Source: an uncultured Gemmatimonadales bacterium (GTDB lineage: Bacteria > Gemmatimonadota > Gemmatimonadetes > Gemmatimonadales > GWC2-71-9). From it: a DNA stretch of 64,000 bases. Location: NCBI GenBank assembly GCA_963771275.1, contig CAVYSW010000003.1, positions 1,536,001 to 1,600,000 on the forward strand. Direction: 5' to 3'. Shown one piece after another: positions 45,640 to 55,892 of this stretch (position 1 is its first letter; each line of letters opens with the position of its first letter). The notes under the pieces were generated by a model, which was given only the letters and a program-made list of their open reading frames with translations, was not told where the DNA came from and searched no databases. The translations under genes and the position numbers were made by a program.

Positions 45640-48600
45640 CGCAGCCGTCCCGCGCGCGCGAGATCGCGTACTACTTCATCCGGCGGCCGGTTTTGGCCGG
45701 CGTGGTCTCGATCATCGTCACCCTGATGGGCGCCCTGGCCATCCGGCTGCTCCCCATCTCCCGGTATCCGCAGATCACGCCGCCGGCGATCCAGGTGATC
45801 GCCGTCTATCCCGGCGCCACCGCGCAGGACGTCGCCGAGGCGGTCGCCGCGCCGATCGAGCAGCAGCTCTCGGGCCTCCAGGGACTGTTGTACTACACGT
45901 CCGCGAACGCCAGCGACGGGACGATGATCCTGTCGATCTACTTCGAGACGGGACGTGACCAGGATCTCGCGGCGGTGGACGTGCAGAACGCGGTGCAGCT
46001 CGCCTCCCCGCAGCTCCCGGCGGCCGTGCGGCAGAACGGGATCTCGATCGTCAAGGCGAACACCGACATCCTCGGTGCGGTGGCGCTCACCTCGACCGAC
46101 CCGCGGTACGACGCCGCGTATCTGACCAACTACATGAAGCTGTATGTCGAGGACGAGATCAAGACCGTGCCGGGCCTCGGCAACTTCCAGACGTTCGGCG
46201 GGCTCCAGTTCTCGATGTTGATCCAGCTCGATCCGGACAAGATGGCGCAGCTCGGCACCACGGTGAGCGACGTCGCCAGCGCGGTGCGGGAGCAGAACGC
46301 CACCAACCCGGCCGGCCGCCTCGGTCGCGAGCCGGCGCCGGAGGGCACCCAGCTCACGATCCCGGTCACCACGATCGGGCGGCTCCAGACCCCGGACCAG
46401 TTCAACGACATCATCGTGCGCGCCGAGCCCAACGGGTCGCTGGTCCGGATCCGCGACATCGGACGCGCGGTGCTCGGGTCACAGGACTACAACCAGGCCG
46501 GCCGCCTGAACGGACGGCCCACGGCGCTCGGCCTCCTGTTCCTGCGGCCCGGCGCCAACGCGCTCCGCACCCAGGCGCTCGTCGTGCAGCGCGTGGCGGC
46601 GCTCTCCAAGAACCTCCCGCCCGGCGTCACCCTCAACGTGCCGTTCGACACGACGCCGTTCGTGATCGCCTCGATCCACGAGGTGGTGGTGACCCTCGCC
46701 GAGGCGCTGCTCCTCGTGGCGCTGGTGGTGTTCGTCTTCCTCCAGAGCTGGCGCGCCACCCTGATCCCGATGCTCGCCGTGCCCGTCAGCGTGATCGGGA
46801 CGTTCCTCGGGCTCAAGATGCTCGGGCTCTCGATCAACGTGCTCACGCTGTTCGCGCTGGTGCTCGCGATCGGCATCGTGGTGGACGACGCCATCGTCGT
46901 GATCGAGAACGTCGAGCGGATCATGGCCACCGAACGGGTTTCGGCTCGGGTCGCCGCGGACCGCGGGATCCGCCAGGTTGCGCCGGCGCTCGTGGCGATC
47001 GTGCTCTCCCTGGTCGCGGTATTCGTGCCCGTCGCCTTCACCGGCGGCGTGACCGGCGCGCTGTTCCGCCAGTTCGCCATCACGATCGCGATTGCGGTGG
47101 TGCTCTCGGGACTGGTGGCCCTGACGTTGACGCCCGCGCTCTGCGCGTGGCTCCTCAAGGACGTCAGCGAGGCCCACGCCACCGGGCCGTTTGGCGCGTT
47201 CAATCGGCTCTTCGATCGGGGCCGCGGGACGTACGTGCGCAACGTCCAGCGCGTGCTGAGCTACCCGCGTGCGGGGCTTGCCGCCTTCGCGGTGGTGATC
47301 GCCCTCGCGGTCGTGCTCTGGCGCCACGTCCCCTCGTCGTTCATCCCCACCGAGGACAAGGGGTACTTCGCGGTCGCCCTCCAGCTCCCCGACGGCGCGT
47401 CGTTGCAGCGCACCGAAGCCGTGGTGGAACGGGTCGAAGGCTTCCTGCGTCAGGAGCCGGCGGTGCGGAACATCGTCGCCCTCGCCGGCCTCGACATCCT
47501 GAGCCGCTCCAACCAGACCAACAGCGCGGTCATCTTCGCCCAGGTCAAGCCCTGGGACGAGCGTGGTAAGGGCGAGGCCCTGGACGCGATCACCGCGCGG
47601 CTCAGCGGCCGGCTGTTCGCCATGAAAGACGCGATGGCCTTCGCCTTCAATCTCCCCGAGATCCCCGGCCTCGGCGCCACCGCGGGGGTCGAGACGAACC
47701 TCCAGGACAAGACCGGCCGGCCGGTCAGCGCCTTCGCGGGTGACGTGCAGGCGTTCGTGCAGGCGGCGAACCAGCTCCCCGCCGCCGCGGGGATGCAGGC
47801 GAACTTCCGCGCCAGTGTGCCGCAGCTCTACGTGCAGGTGGACCGCGCCGCCGCCCTGGCCCGCGGCGTCCGGCTGAGCGACCTGTTCGGCACGCTCCAG
47901 GCCCTGCTCTCGACCCTCTACATCAATGACTTCAACCTCTACGGAAAGACCTATCGGGTGCAGGCCGAGGCGCAGGCGCCCTTCCGCCAGACGCCGGCGG
48001 ACATCGGCCGGCTCTATGTGCGGGGGACGAACGGCGCGATGATCCCTGTCTCCGCGCTCACCCGCACGGAGTTCCGCGCGGCGCCAACCCTGCTCTCCCG
48101 GTTCAACGGCTTCACCTCGGCGCTCATCACCGCCGCCCCGAAACCCGGGCGGAGCACCGGCGAGCTGATGACACAGCTCGACACGCTGGTCCGCTCGCCC
48201 CGCTTCGCGTCCAGCGGGCTGGCGCTGGCGTACTCCGGCCAGTCCTACCAGGAGCGCGCCTCCAGCGGCGCGGCGGACGTGGTGCTGGTGCTGGGGCTGA
48301 TCATCGTCTTTCTGGTGCTCGCCGCCCAGTACGAGAGCTGGACCCTGCCGTTCGCGGTGCTGCTCGGCATCCCGTTCGGCGTGCTCGGCGCGTACTTCGG
48401 CGTGTGGCTGCGCGGCCAGCCGAGCGACGTCTATGTCCAGGTGGGCCTGATCACCGTGGTCGGGCTGTCGGCCAAGAACGCGATCCTCATCGTGGAGTTC
48501 GCCAACAAGCTCCACGCCCAGGGGGTGCCGCTGCTCCAGGCGGCCACAGAGGCGGCGCGCGACCGGTTGCGCCCGATCCTGATGACGTCGCTGGCGTTCA

Positions 48601-48797
48601 TCTTCGGCGTCTCGCCGCTCCTGATCGCGTCGGGCGCCGGGGCGATGAGCCGGCACTCGATCGGCACCACGGTCTTCTCGGGGATGGTGGTGGCGACGGC
48701 GATCGCGATCATCTTCATCCCGCTCTTCTTCTACCTCATCCAGGGGCTGGCGGATCGTGCCCGCGGGGCGTCCGTGACGACCGAGGAGGGTGTATGA
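45636..48797 (+). CDS. RND efflux permease (HAE1; AcrB/MexB-like)
   Basis: FIRRPV, LPI..YP.I.PP, AIGIVVDDAIVVIENVER, ALTLTPALCA, KNAILIVEFA, RLRPILMTS. Confidence 0.96.
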   Translation: MTQPSRAREIAYYFIRRPVLAGVVSIIVTLMGALAIRLLPISRYPQITPPAIQVIAVYPGATAQDVAEAVAAPIEQQLSGLQGLLYYTSANASDGTMILSIYFETGRDQDLAAVDVQNAVQLASPQLPAAVRQNGISIVKANTDILGAVALTSTDPRYDAAYLTNYMKLYVEDEIKTVPGLGNFQTFGGLQFSMLIQLDPDKMAQLGTTVSDVASAVREQNATNPAGRLGREPAPEGTQLTIPVTTIGRLQTPDQFNDIIVRAEPNGSLVRIRDIGRAVLGSQDYNQAGRLNGRPTALGLLFLRPGANALRTQALVVQRVAALSKNLPPGVTLNVPFDTTPFVIASIHEVVVTLAEALLLVALVVFVFLQSWRATLIPMLAVPVSVIGTFLGLKMLGLSINVLTLFALVLAIGIVVDDAIVVIENVERIMATERVSARVAADRGIRQVAPALVAIVLSLVAVFVPVAFTGGVTGALFRQFAITIAIAVVLSGLVALTLTPALCAWLLKDVSEAHATGPFGAFNRLFDRGRGTYVRNVQRVLSYPRAGLAAFAVVIALAVVLWRHVPSSFIPTEDKGYFAVALQLPDGASLQRTEAVVERVEGFLRQEPAVRNIVALAGLDILSRSNQTNSAVIFAQVKPWDERGKGEALDAITARLSGRLFAMKDAMAFAFNLPEIPGLGATAGVETNLQDKTGRPVSAFAGDVQAFVQAANQLPAAAGMQANFRASVPQLYVQVDRAAALARGVRLSDLFGTLQALLSTLYINDFNLYGKTYRVQAEAQAPFRQTPADIGRLYVRGTNGAMIPVSALTRTEFRAAPTLLSRFNGFTSALITAAPKPGRSTGELMTQLDTLVRSPRFASSGLALAYSGQSYQERASSGAADVVLVLGLIIVFLVLAAQYESWTLPFAVLLGIPFGVLGAYFGVWLRGQPSDVYVQVGLITVVGLSAKNAILIVEFANKLHAQGVPLLQAATEAARDRLRPILMTSLAFIFGVSPLLIASGAGAMSRHSIGTTVFSGMVVATAIAIIFIPLFFYLIQGLADRARGASVTTEEGV

Positions 48798-50287
48798 GGT
48801 CCAGCGTCTCCCTCCTCGTGACCGCGGCGCTCGCGGTTCCGGTCCTGGCCGGGTGCGGCCCGGGGTATCACCCCGCGCCGGTCGTCCCCGCCGGGACGCG
48901 AGCCGGCGCCCCCGGTGCCGACTCGCTGCGCGCGTTCTTCGACTCGCTGGAGCAGGCCCGCGCCGCCGACACCTTGCCTCCCGAAGGTGCGACCCGCCCG
49001 CTCCCACCGCGCGCGCTCACCGCCGAGTCGCTGGCCGACCTGGCGTGGCTCGACGTGCTGCAGGACACGGTGCTCACGGCGCTGGCGCGGCGCGCGCTGC
49101 GGGAGAACCGCGACCTGGAGATGGAGCGGGCACGCATCCGAGAGTCCCGCGCTGCTGCGGGGGTGGCGCGCTCCGGCCTCTTCCCCAGCTTGGCCCTCGA
49201 CGGGAGCGTGTCGCGCAGCAAGGTGGCGTTCGGCACGCTCGCCATTCCGCCGTACACGGCCTGGCGCGCCACGGCGGATGTCTCCTGGGAGCTGGACTTC
49301 TTCGGCTGGGGCCCACGGATCAGGGCCGCGAACGCCGACCTGGCGTCCCAGGAGGCCAACGAGCGCGCCGCCGCGCTCGTGCTGGTGAGCGAAGTGGCGA
49401 GCGGTTACCTGCAGCTCCTGGAGCTGGATCAGGAGCGCGCGACCGCACAGCAGACGCTCGCCTCGCGCCAGGCGACGCTCGACCTCGCGCGGCGGCGCTA
49501 CAGCCGCGGCCTCATCTCCGAGCTGGACGTGCGCCAGTTCGAGGCGCAGGTGGCGGTTCCCGCGGTGCGTCTGGCCCAGGTGGAGCAGGCGCGCGCGCTC
49601 CAGGAGCACGCGCTCAATGTCCTGCTGGGCGAAGGCCCGGCGCCCATCCCGCGCGGCGCCTCGCTGGCGCGTGCGGCGCGGGCGGTGGCAGTACCGGATT
49701 CGGTGCCGGTGTCGCTGATCGAACGGCGCCCCGACGTCCAGGCCGCCGAGCGGGAGTATGCGGCGGCGGCGGCACGCGTGGGCGTTGCGGTGGCGGCGCG
49801 CCTTCCGGCCTTCTCCATCACCGGGTCCTGGGGCGCGCAGTCCCCGACGCCCGGCGACCTCACGGCGTCGAGCAGCAGAGTGTATCAGATCCTCGGGGCG
49901 ATCTCGTTCCCGATCTTCACCGGCGGGCGGCTCATCGGCCAGCAGCGGGTGGCCGCGGCGCGGGCCGACCAGGCGCGGGCGGCCTACGAGCAGACGGTGC
50001 TGACCGCGCTTCAGGAGGCGGGTGATGCGCTGGTCGGCGTGCGGGCGGCGCGCGATCAGCTCGCGGCCCAGGCGACGCAGGCCGCCGCGCTCCGTCGCGC
50101 GCTCGACCTCGCCACGGTCCGCTACCAGAGCGGCGTCTCGAACTACCTCGAGGTGCTCGACGCGCAGCGCAGCCTGTTCGACGCGCAGCTAGCCGAGAGC
50201 CAGGCGGAGCTTCAGGAGCTGGTGGCCGCCGTGCGGCTGTATAAGGCGCTGGGCGGGAGCTGGCCCGAGGGAGACGGGGGGCAGTGA
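48794..50287 (+). CDS. RND outer-membrane factor lipoprotein (NodT/OprM-like)
   Basis: LAGC lipobox, SWELDFFG, RRPDV.AAE, YLEVLDAQRSL, LYKALGG.W. ATGA-coupled. Confidence 0.94.
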   Translation: MRSSVSLLVTAALAVPVLAGCGPGYHPAPVVPAGTRAGAPGADSLRAFFDSLEQARAADTLPPEGATRPLPPRALTAESLADLAWLDVLQDTVLTALARRALRENRDLEMERARIRESRAAAGVARSGLFPSLALDGSVSRSKVAFGTLAIPPYTAWRATADVSWELDFFGWGPRIRAANADLASQEANERAAALVLVSEVASGYLQLLELDQERATAQQTLASRQATLDLARRRYSRGLISELDVRQFEAQVAVPAVRLAQVEQARALQEHALNVLLGEGPAPIPRGASLARAARAVAVPDSVPVSLIERRPDVQAAEREYAAAAARVGVAVAARLPAFSITGSWGAQSPTPGDLTASSSRVYQILGAISFPIFTGGRLIGQQRVAAARADQARAAYEQTVLTALQEAGDALVGVRAARDQLAAQATQAAALRRALDLATVRYQSGVSNYLEVLDAQRSLFDAQLAESQAELQELVAAVRLYKALGGSWPEGDGGQ

Positions 50288-50381
50288 CTAGCCCAGCAGG
50301 AATCGACCGAAGCCCAACCTGGTCGCCACCCAGCTCGTCGACCAGCGTATCGCCGAACCGGTCGTAGAACTCACGGGACAG

Positions 50382-50648
50382 CGTCCCCCGTGGTGGAGCT
50401 GAACCGCGCGGTCGCGCACGCGATGGCGTTCGGTCCGGCGGCGGGGCTCGAGATCCTGGACCCGCTCGCCGCCGAGCCCTCTCTCACGAACTACCGCCTG
50501 CTGCGCAGCGTGCGGGGCGACCTCCTCTTCAAGCTCGGCACGATTCGAGGAGGCCCGCGCCGAGTTCCAGCGGGCGGCGACGCTCACGAAGAACGCCCCG
50601 GAGCGCGACCTGCTGCTCCGACGCGCCGCCGCCTCCTCGCCAGCCCGA
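50382..50648 (+). pseudogene. 3' remnant of a second ECF42-type sigma gene (frameshifted)
   Basis: Aligns to 38298-38566 (SPVVELNRAVAHAMAFGPAAGLEILDPL...). Extra A at 50540 shifts the frame; the 5' three-quarters of the gene is absent. Confidence 0.88.
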
Positions 50649-50714
50649 CTGGGGCAGGCCGACCCGGCGCCCTCCGGCGTCGCCGGTCTCGGCGTTGAGA
50701 CCATCGCGGCGCGG

Positions 50715-50744
50715 TTGTTCGTGCGGCCGCGATCCCGTTATGAT
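50715..50744 (+). promoter_or_regulatory. Possible sigma70 promoter of the OsmC-family gene
   Basis: TTGTTC-N18-TATGAT in a GC-rich background. Confidence 0.35.
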
Positions 50745-50824
50745 GCGCGGGACGCATCCAACTCCAGGCGCGGTCAGCAGACCCGCATCGCTCCCGTGGC
50801 TCGCAGGTCGAAGGAGTCCGCTTC

Positions 50825-51358
50825 ATGTCCCCAACGACGAGCGTCGTCGGCGCGCGCCAGCGACCGCTGCGCGCGCAGTATCGCAACGATCCGTCCGCCG
50901 CTCTGGTGGTCGACCATGCGCGCACGCTGGGCAACGCGCCCAGCGATCCGTTTCACTCACAGGTCGAGCCCGCTCCCGGCCACGGCGTGGTGACCCCGAT
51001 CGCGGTGCACCGGGCGCTCGGTGGCCCGCAGGACGGGCCGACTCCGGGAGACATCCTGTGCTCCGCCCTGGCGGCCTGCCTGGACACATCGTTGCGCATG
51101 GTGGCGAACGTCTATGGCATCGTGCTCGAGCAGGTGTCGGTGGAGGTCGAGGGGGAGGTCGACGTGCGGGGTACCCTCGGCATGGGGCGAGACGTGCCGG
51201 TCGGGTTTCAGGCGATGCACTGCCGCGTCCACCTCGAAGTCGCGGCAGGTACTCCGCCCGAAGACCTCCAGCGTCTCATCGCGACCGCCGAGCGCGCGTG
51301 TGTCGTGCTCCAGACGCTGCGCGCGGGCGTGGCGGTCGACACCTCGGTGGGCGCGTGA
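50825..51358 (+). CDS. OsmC family protein
   Basis: GG..DGPTPGDIL..ALAAC, VEG.VDVRG.LG, VPVGFQ, ER.CVV.QTL. AAGGAG RBS. Confidence 0.88.
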   Translation: MSPTTSVVGARQRPLRAQYRNDPSAALVVDHARTLGNAPSDPFHSQVEPAPGHGVVTPIAVHRALGGPQDGPTPGDILCSALAACLDTSLRMVANVYGIVLEQVSVEVEGEVDVRGTLGMGRDVPVGFQAMHCRVHLEVAAGTPPEDLQRLIATAERACVVLQTLRAGVAVDTSVGA

Positions 51359-51421
51359 CGCGCCGCGAGGCACCCTGCCGAAGCAGGCCTCGGCCGCCCC
51401 TCTCGCCGTTCACTTCTCAGT

Positions 51422-52129
51422 CTATGCGTGCTCGCCGGGTGGCAGGTGGCGCACGGTGAGGAGTCCGAGCGCGAGCATCACGGCGGCGTAGCCGAGCGCC
51501 CAGGAAACGTGGCCCCACAGCGGAGCGCCGCCGGCGGCGAAGTAGCTCGCGTGTCGGCCTGGTGGGAGGAGGACGTTGAGCACCGCGCCCGCGATGGAGT
51601 CGCTCGCCGGCCAGCGGCTGCGGACCAGATCGCCCAGGATGAACGCGAACATGGCGAACAGCCAATCGAGCCGGGAGAACCGTGAGCAAGCGAAGACGAG
51701 GCTGCCGAGGAGCATGAAGGTGATGCTCCAGTCGGCGAACGGACGGAGACCTGGCCACATCGGCCCGCGCACCACGGCGAAGATGCCGGTGAACGCCAGC
51801 AGGACCGCCAGGAAACTCACCAGCGTCGCGCCGAATGCCACGCCATAGTACGCGACTGCGGAGAGGGGCTTGGACAGGATGAACCGGTAGTATCCCTGCC
51901 GGATGTCCGCCCCCACGACGCCGGCGGTCGCGACCAGCGTGAGGAACACTGTGATGTTCCCGAGGACCTGCACGAGGAGCCTGCGCAGCGCCTCCGGGTC
52001 CGTCCGGGGCCCGCCCGCGCCGAGCAGCACGGGCAGCGACAGCACGGCGCCCAGGATGAGCATCGCGGCCCCGCGCGTGAGGAGATGGTCCGCGAGATAG
52101 CGCGGCAGATATCGGAGGACGACGCTCAT
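51422..52129 (-). CDS. ABC transporter permease-like membrane protein
   Basis: About six TM segments and a D.RQGYYRFILSKPLS loop. Coupled to the ABC ATPase. Confidence 0.75.
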   Translation of the reverse strand: MSVVLRYLPRYLADHLLTRGAAMLILGAVLSLPVLLGAGGPRTDPEALRRLLVQVLGNITVFLTLVATAGVVGADIRQGYYRFILSKPLSAVAYYGVAFGATLVSFLAVLLAFTGIFAVVRGPMWPGLRPFADWSITFMLLGSLVFACSRFSRLDWLFAMFAFILGDLVRSRWPASDSIAGAVLNVLLPPGRHASYFAAGGAPLWGHVSWALGYAAVMLALGLLTVRHLPPGEHA

Positions 52130-53040
52130 GGCTCGCCCACCGCCTCGCGGAACGCGGCCTCGAGCCGGCTCCGCGCGGGAAAGAAGGCGCGCACCTGCGC
52201 TCCCTGCCCGAGAATCCGGGCCAACCCCTCGTTCAGCTCGGCGAGCGAGCCGGAGACATCGTACGCCACCTGCCGCTCGCCGGGGGTGCGGACGCAGCGC
52301 GGGAACGCGCCGCCGACGTCGTCGTGGTCGGCTGCCAGAACCAGCCGGTAGTGCGCCGTGGCGTCGTCCTCCTCGGCCGAGGCGTCGGCCACGCGGGTCA
52401 ACCGCCCGCGGTCGAGAATCGCGACCCGGTCGGCGACGCGTTCCAGCTCATCGAGGTTGTGCGAGGCGATCAGAACCGCGCGGTCGGGGCGCCGCAGCTC
52501 GCCCACGATGTCGCGGAACCGCTGGGTCCACACCGGGTCGAGACCGTGCGTCGGCTCGTCGAGGATCACGACGGGTGAGTCGCTCAGGAGAGCCTGCGCC
52601 AGTCCCAGGCGCTGGAGGTTGCCCTTGGACAGCTGCTTCACCGGTTTGCGGCGTTGCTCGTCGATGCCAAGCCGGTCGATGACCGCCTCCACCCGGTCGA
52701 CGGCCGGTTGTCCGGACAGACCGGTGAGCACCGCGTAGCGCCGCAGCGCGCCCTGCACCGTCCACCAGGTGGGGATGCTCACCAGCTCCGAGAGGTAGGC
52801 GATCCCGTAGCGCCGGACGAAGACGGCGGGCGCCTGGCCGTCGATCGTCACTGCTCCCGCGGTGGGGTGCAGGAACCCCAACGTGAGCGCCAGCAGCGTG
52901 CTCTTGCCCGCGCCGTTCGGGCCGGCGATCCCCAGCACCTCGCCGGCCGCGATGTCGAGCGAGAAGCCGTCCACCGCCCGCACCGCTCGGCGGGTCAGGA
53001 CGGAGCGGTAGGTCTTGGAGACGTCGGCGAAGCGGATCAC
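52126..53040 (-). CDS. ABC-2 type transporter ATP-binding protein
   Basis: GPNGAGKST, LSKGNLQRLGLAQA, ILDEPT.GLDP, SHNL. GTGA overlap with the peptidase stop. Confidence 0.93.
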   Translation of the reverse strand: MIRFADVSKTYRSVLTRRAVRAVDGFSLDIAAGEVLGIAGPNGAGKSTLLALTLGFLHPTAGAVTIDGQAPAVFVRRYGIAYLSELVSIPTWWTVQGALRRYAVLTGLSGQPAVDRVEAVIDRLGIDEQRRKPVKQLSKGNLQRLGLAQALLSDSPVVILDEPTHGLDPVWTQRFRDIVGELRRPDRAVLIASHNLDELERVADRVAILDRGRLTRVADASAEEDDATAHYRLVLAADHDDVGGAFPRCVRTPGERQVAYDVSGSLAELNEGLARILGQGAQVRAFFPARSRLEAAFREAVGEP

Positions 53041-55823
53041 GGATGCTCGCTCAGTGCGTTCCAGTTGGCCATCGCGTTCAACGCCAGCGCGAACGACCCC
53101 TGGGTCTCCCACCGCCAGAACGGCCGGATGGCGAAGTAGACCACATGCCCCTTTCCCAGCGGCGCGTCGATCACCGCCGCCTGCTTGGCGAGATCGCTCC
53201 CACCGACCAACAGCCCGGATACGAGCAGCGAGTCCTGGCGCTGATGGAACTGGAGGATCACGCGGGCGCGGAGCCGGTCGATCTCGGCCACCACGGCCGG
53301 GTCCATCTGCGCTTCGGTCTCCCGCGCCGTGACGCTCGTGTCCTTCTGCTGCACGGTCATCAGCGGCGAGGCGTTGAAGTACACGGGGAAGGTGCGCTGG
53401 TCGTAACCGTAGAGCATGGGGCTGCCCGTCGCCACCGCCTGGGCGCGGAACACCGCGCCGCGCGTGCGCAGGCTGCGGGATTCGGTGATGCTCACGGTCG
53501 GCGTGAATCCCAGATCCACCGGGAGCTGTGTCGAGGCCCCCTCGACGAGCAACACGCCGCCCCGCTCGACGAACCGGCGGAGGGCGGCGGCGCCGTCGAG
53601 GCCCATGCCCGGCCGCATGTCGTCGGTCTGATCGATGCGCCCGAGATTGGGCGTCTGCGGCGTGTTCTTCCAGGGGATTGGCGGTCCCACCATCGGCGCG
53701 CCGTTCAAGATTGACGCTCCGCGGCCGCCCACGTGCGGGAAGACGACCACGTCGAACCGGTCCAGCGCGCCGGGCGCGCGCAGCGCCTGGTCAGAGATGT
53801 AGGTGTAGGGAAGACCCATGCGGTCGAACGCGAAGCGCACCCATCCCTCGTTCTGGGTCTCGCGCCAGGTGTGCATCAGGGCGATGCGCGGCAGGGTGAC
53901 GGGATGGCTGGACACCGCGGGCGCGGCGGAGACGGCGGCAGCGTCGAGCCCGAGCGCGACGATGGCGTCGCGGGTGGCGCTCCCCCCCCGGACCTCGCTC
54001 ACGATGAACGTGCCCGCCGGGAAGTCGCGGGCGCCCACCTTGAAGGCCGAGTCGGCCACGGCCACCTTGGCGCTTGCGACCTTCCACGGCAGCATGGCGG
54101 AGCGCCAGTCGCCGAGATGGCGCACCAAGTACGTGGAGCCGGCACCCGCGACCGCGCCCGCGACGGCGGCGTCGCTCGCCAGCGGGGTCATGGGCTGCGC
54201 CAGGACCGCCGAATCGGCCAGCGCCGTCGTCTCCACGTGCCGGAGCGCGTCGAGCGTCCATCCCGTGTCGTCGTACGGCTGCGGGAAGTCGGGTTTGTAG
54301 TCCTGGACGGCGAGCACGGTGCGGACGGTCGCCGTGTAGGGCTGGTCCATGCGGACGATCCAGTCACCCGACCGCACGGTGATGCGGTTCCTGGCGGACG
54401 TGTCGGCCGCCGCCTTCGGGTCCTTGCGGAGCGTGAAGGCGCGCTCGGCGACGTGGATCTCGACGCCGTTCATGCGGAACAGGTTGACCAGGTCCGCGGC
54501 TTCCGCCGCGTGGCGCTGGCCACGCGGGATCAGGTAGGCGTACGGGGCGCTCGTCCTGCCCCGCCGCACCATGCGCTCGGCCTTGGCGGCGAAGTTCGCC
54601 AGGAAGGTCTCGCGGTTGTCGGCGACGTAGCGGAGCGCCACCAGCACGCCCGATTCCTGATAGTTGATGTTCGACCGGATGCACCACCGGACGCCGTTGA
54701 CCGGCGGGTTCGGCCGGTACCACTCCTTGCCCGTCTGGCCACCCTGCAGGTTCACGGTGTGGCAATCCGCGCCCATCGACGTGTAGGTCTCGTAGAACTT
54801 GCCGAGCCCGTTGTGCAGGTTGGCGATCGCCAGCACGTAGTTGGGCGCCCAGCCGTCGTAGAAGCCGTGGGTCCAGACGCCGGGAAGCCCGCGGCGCGTC
54901 AGCTCGTTGATCTCCTGATACGCGAGCTGGTGCCACTCGTCCACCACGATCGGGTCGAACTCGTCGTTGTACGGCCCCGTCCCCGTGCTGGTGTAGAGGA
55001 ACGGCACGGACTCGTGCAGGTCGTGGCTCACGGTCGGCTTCCAGTGGAGAAAGCCGCGGATGTAGTTCTGCGTGAGCTTCTGGGACAGCACCATGCCGTC
55101 GCGGTTGTTGTCGTGGGCGGTGTATTTCCCCCAGTAGATGAGGTTCACCGCGCCGCGCGGCAGCTTGAGTGCCTTCGTCTCGTTGTACACATCCACCACA
55201 CGGTCGCGGCCGTCCACTTCCAGCACCGGCGTGATCAGCGTGATGACGTGATCACGGATGGCGCGCACGTGCTCCGACTCGTCCACCGCCAGGCGATAGG
55301 CCAGCTCCATCAGCATTTCCGGGCTGCCGGTCTCCGGCGAATGGATCGAGCCGGTGAGCCAGTAGATCGGCTTCGCCGTCTTGACGAGTCGGTCGCGCTC
55401 GGCCGGGGTGAGGTCGCGGGGATCGGCGAGCCGGGCGAGCATCCCGCGATACTCGTCGAGCCGGGTGATGGTCACCTCGTCCGAGACGGCGAGCGCGATC
55501 ATCTCGCGTCCTTCATCACTCATGCCCAGCGAGAACAGCGTGGCCCGTGGTGACGCGTCGGCGACTGCCTTGAGATAACGGTTGATGTCGGCCACGTGGC
55601 TCAGCTTCCCGACCGTTCCCGGCACGTAGCCCAGCACCTTGAGGGGGCTCGGCACCGTGGCGGAGGCCGGCAGATAGTCCACCAGCTCGGTGGTGAACTT
55701 CCACACCGAGTCGGCGGGCGTGAGCGAGCGGATGGCGGCGGTGTACGCCGAGTCGATGGACTGCTGCGCGGCGGCGGGGCCGGCCAGCAGGAGCAGCGCC
55801 AGGGAGCCGAGGCGACGGGACAT
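53037..55823 (-). CDS. Secreted M14 zinc carboxypeptidase family protein
   Basis: Signal peptide; SIHSPE (HxxE), HDNNRD, HDLHE; C-terminal GATase-like region (EGWVRF..D, LRRFVERGG). Confidence 0.88.
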   Translation of the reverse strand: MSRRLGSLALLLLAGPAAAQQSIDSAYTAAIRSLTPADSVWKFTTELVDYLPASATVPSPLKVLGYVPGTVGKLSHVADINRYLKAVADASPRATLFSLGMSDEGREMIALAVSDEVTITRLDEYRGMLARLADPRDLTPAERDRLVKTAKPIYWLTGSIHSPETGSPEMLMELAYRLAVDESEHVRAIRDHVITLITPVLEVDGRDRVVDVYNETKALKLPRGAVNLIYWGKYTAHDNNRDGMVLSQKLTQNYIRGFLHWKPTVSHDLHESVPFLYTSTGTGPYNDEFDPIVVDEWHQLAYQEINELTRRGLPGVWTHGFYDGWAPNYVLAIANLHNGLGKFYETYTSMGADCHTVNLQGGQTGKEWYRPNPPVNGVRWCIRSNINYQESGVLVALRYVADNRETFLANFAAKAERMVRRGRTSAPYAYLIPRGQRHAAEAADLVNLFRMNGVEIHVAERAFTLRKDPKAAADTSARNRITVRSGDWIVRMDQPYTATVRTVLAVQDYKPDFPQPYDDTGWTLDALRHVETTALADSAVLAQPMTPLASDAAVAGAVAGAGSTYLVRHLGDWRSAMLPWKVASAKVAVADSAFKVGARDFPAGTFIVSEVRGGSATRDAIVALGLDAAAVSAAPAVSSHPVTLPRIALMHTWRETQNEGWVRFAFDRMGLPYTYISDQALRAPGALDRFDVVVFPHVGGRGASILNGAPMVGPPIPWKNTPQTPNLGRIDQTDDMRPGMGLDGAAALRRFVERGGVLLVEGASTQLPVDLGFTPTVSITESRSLRTRGAVFRAQAVATGSPMLYGYDQRTFPVYFNASPLMTVQQKDTSVTARETEAQMDPAVVAEIDRLRARVILQFHQRQDSLLVSGLLVGGSDLAKQAAVIDAPLGKGHVVYFAIRPFWRWETQGSFALALNAMANWNALSEHP

Positions 55824-55892
55824 GGCGGATACCGGCAGGGAAGGGGACCGGAGAAGGTAGGGCGAGGGGGAGGTCGCGGCAATGGCCGGAGA

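Noticed and set aside
50288..50381. Minus-strand fragment reading LSREFYDRFGDTLVDELG, a possible gene remnant
   Set aside because: Too short to assign without a search.
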